Part shown: one piece after another, positions 59,836-60,276 of the stretch
How the letters are laid out: each line of letters starts with the position of its first letter
Position numbering within the stretch: position 1 is the first letter of the stretch
Source of the DNA: Candidatus Woesearchaeota archaeon
GTDB taxonomy: Archaea > Nanobdellota > Nanobdellia > Woesearchaeales > JABMPP01
Assembly: GCA_013202955.1 (NCBI GenBank)
Contig: JABMPP010000101.1
Location: 1-60,276, forward strand
DNA: 60,276 nucleotides
Direction of reading: 5' to 3'
Made by a program: the position numbers and the translations under genes
The notes under the pieces: generated by a model
What the model was told of the DNA's origin: nothing
Seen by the model: only the letters and a program-made list of their open reading frames with translations
The model's database searches: none

Positions 59836-60261
59836 CTAAACCTTATTACTATCTTCACTCTGTTGTTTTTTACCCTCAACCAGCTCTTTTATTTTTTTAT
59901 ACTCTGTTTCCAGATTATTTACATAATCTACTTTTATAGCTCTCAATACTTCATCTTGAACTAATAATGTGATGCTTCCAAAATTAAACCAATTGATATA
60001 TTTGTCATAGCTTATATTTTTTATTCTTGAAAAACCAACACTTCTCTCTTTCTGAAAAATCTTTCCCTGCTTATACACCATTTTATCAGCATAAAAATAA
60101 CATCTTGTACCCAAAATACTCACAACAACTAAAAAAAGCACAGCTATTATCTGAACCCATATATGCGTTAAAATATCTTCAACAACATATATTGAAAGCT
60201 CATACGCATCTAACCCAACACCACCAAAAGCCTCACTAACAATAGAAAAACTGTCTTTCAT
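59836..60261 (-). CDS. membrane protein with bacterial-type PH (YdbS/YdbT-like) domain
   Basis: TM segment IWVQIIAVLFLVVVSILG is followed by YFYADKMVYKQGKIFQKERSVGFSRIKNISYDK...FGSITLL. Confidence 0.5.
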   Translation of the reverse strand: MKDSFSIVSEAFGGVGLDAYELSIYVVEDILTHIWVQIIAVLFLVVVSILGTRCYFYADKMVYKQGKIFQKERSVGFSRIKNISYDKYINWFNFGSITLLVQDEVLRAIKVDYVNNLETEYKKIKELVEGKKQQSEDSNKV

Positions 60262-60276
60262 TATCTCCCATAAAAA

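Overview
The window is a very AT-rich archaeal segment. The informational genes are archaeal: RadA, RPA, a fused PriS-PriL primase, ABCE1, TrmI and tRNAs with insertions. The fused primase and several giant surface proteins suggest a small-genome DPANN-type lineage, but that is inference only, because no database search was possible. Bases 1-19,000 hold mostly housekeeping genes: glmS plus a GNAT, an NFACT-like gene, a Toprim gene, primase, yggS, ABCE1, trmI, thpR, a TRAM gene, radA and RPA. A ~2-kb islet lies between a divergent tRNA pair. tRNA-Cys carries a 36-nt intron, and tRNA-Arg carries a 25-30-nt non-canonical insertion. The islet holds a Cys-rich lipoprotein-like ORF and a frameshifted LAGLIDADG homing endonuclease. 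The main feature is a 28.6-kb, single-strand, tightly coupled gene array at 19,119-47,677 on the minus strand. It starts with an orphan AbiEi-like wHTH regulator, followed by a 5,589-aa C-terminally anchored giant surface protein. Nineteen consecutive genes follow, whose products almost all begin with a class III (type IV pilin-like) signal motif. These include four 6-Cys mini-pilins, a paralog pair with Gly-zipper tails, a Ca-binding Asp-repeat protein and an intact MurNAc-L-Ala amidase domain. No pilus ATPase, platform protein or prepilin peptidase is present in the window. A second module at 48,970-58,830 has a tandem AbrB regulator, a 1,662-aa tail-fibre/FN3/BNR protein and a 1,529-aa Cys-rich protein with the same pilin-like N-terminus. 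All domain calls come from motifs read by eye in the supplied translations.
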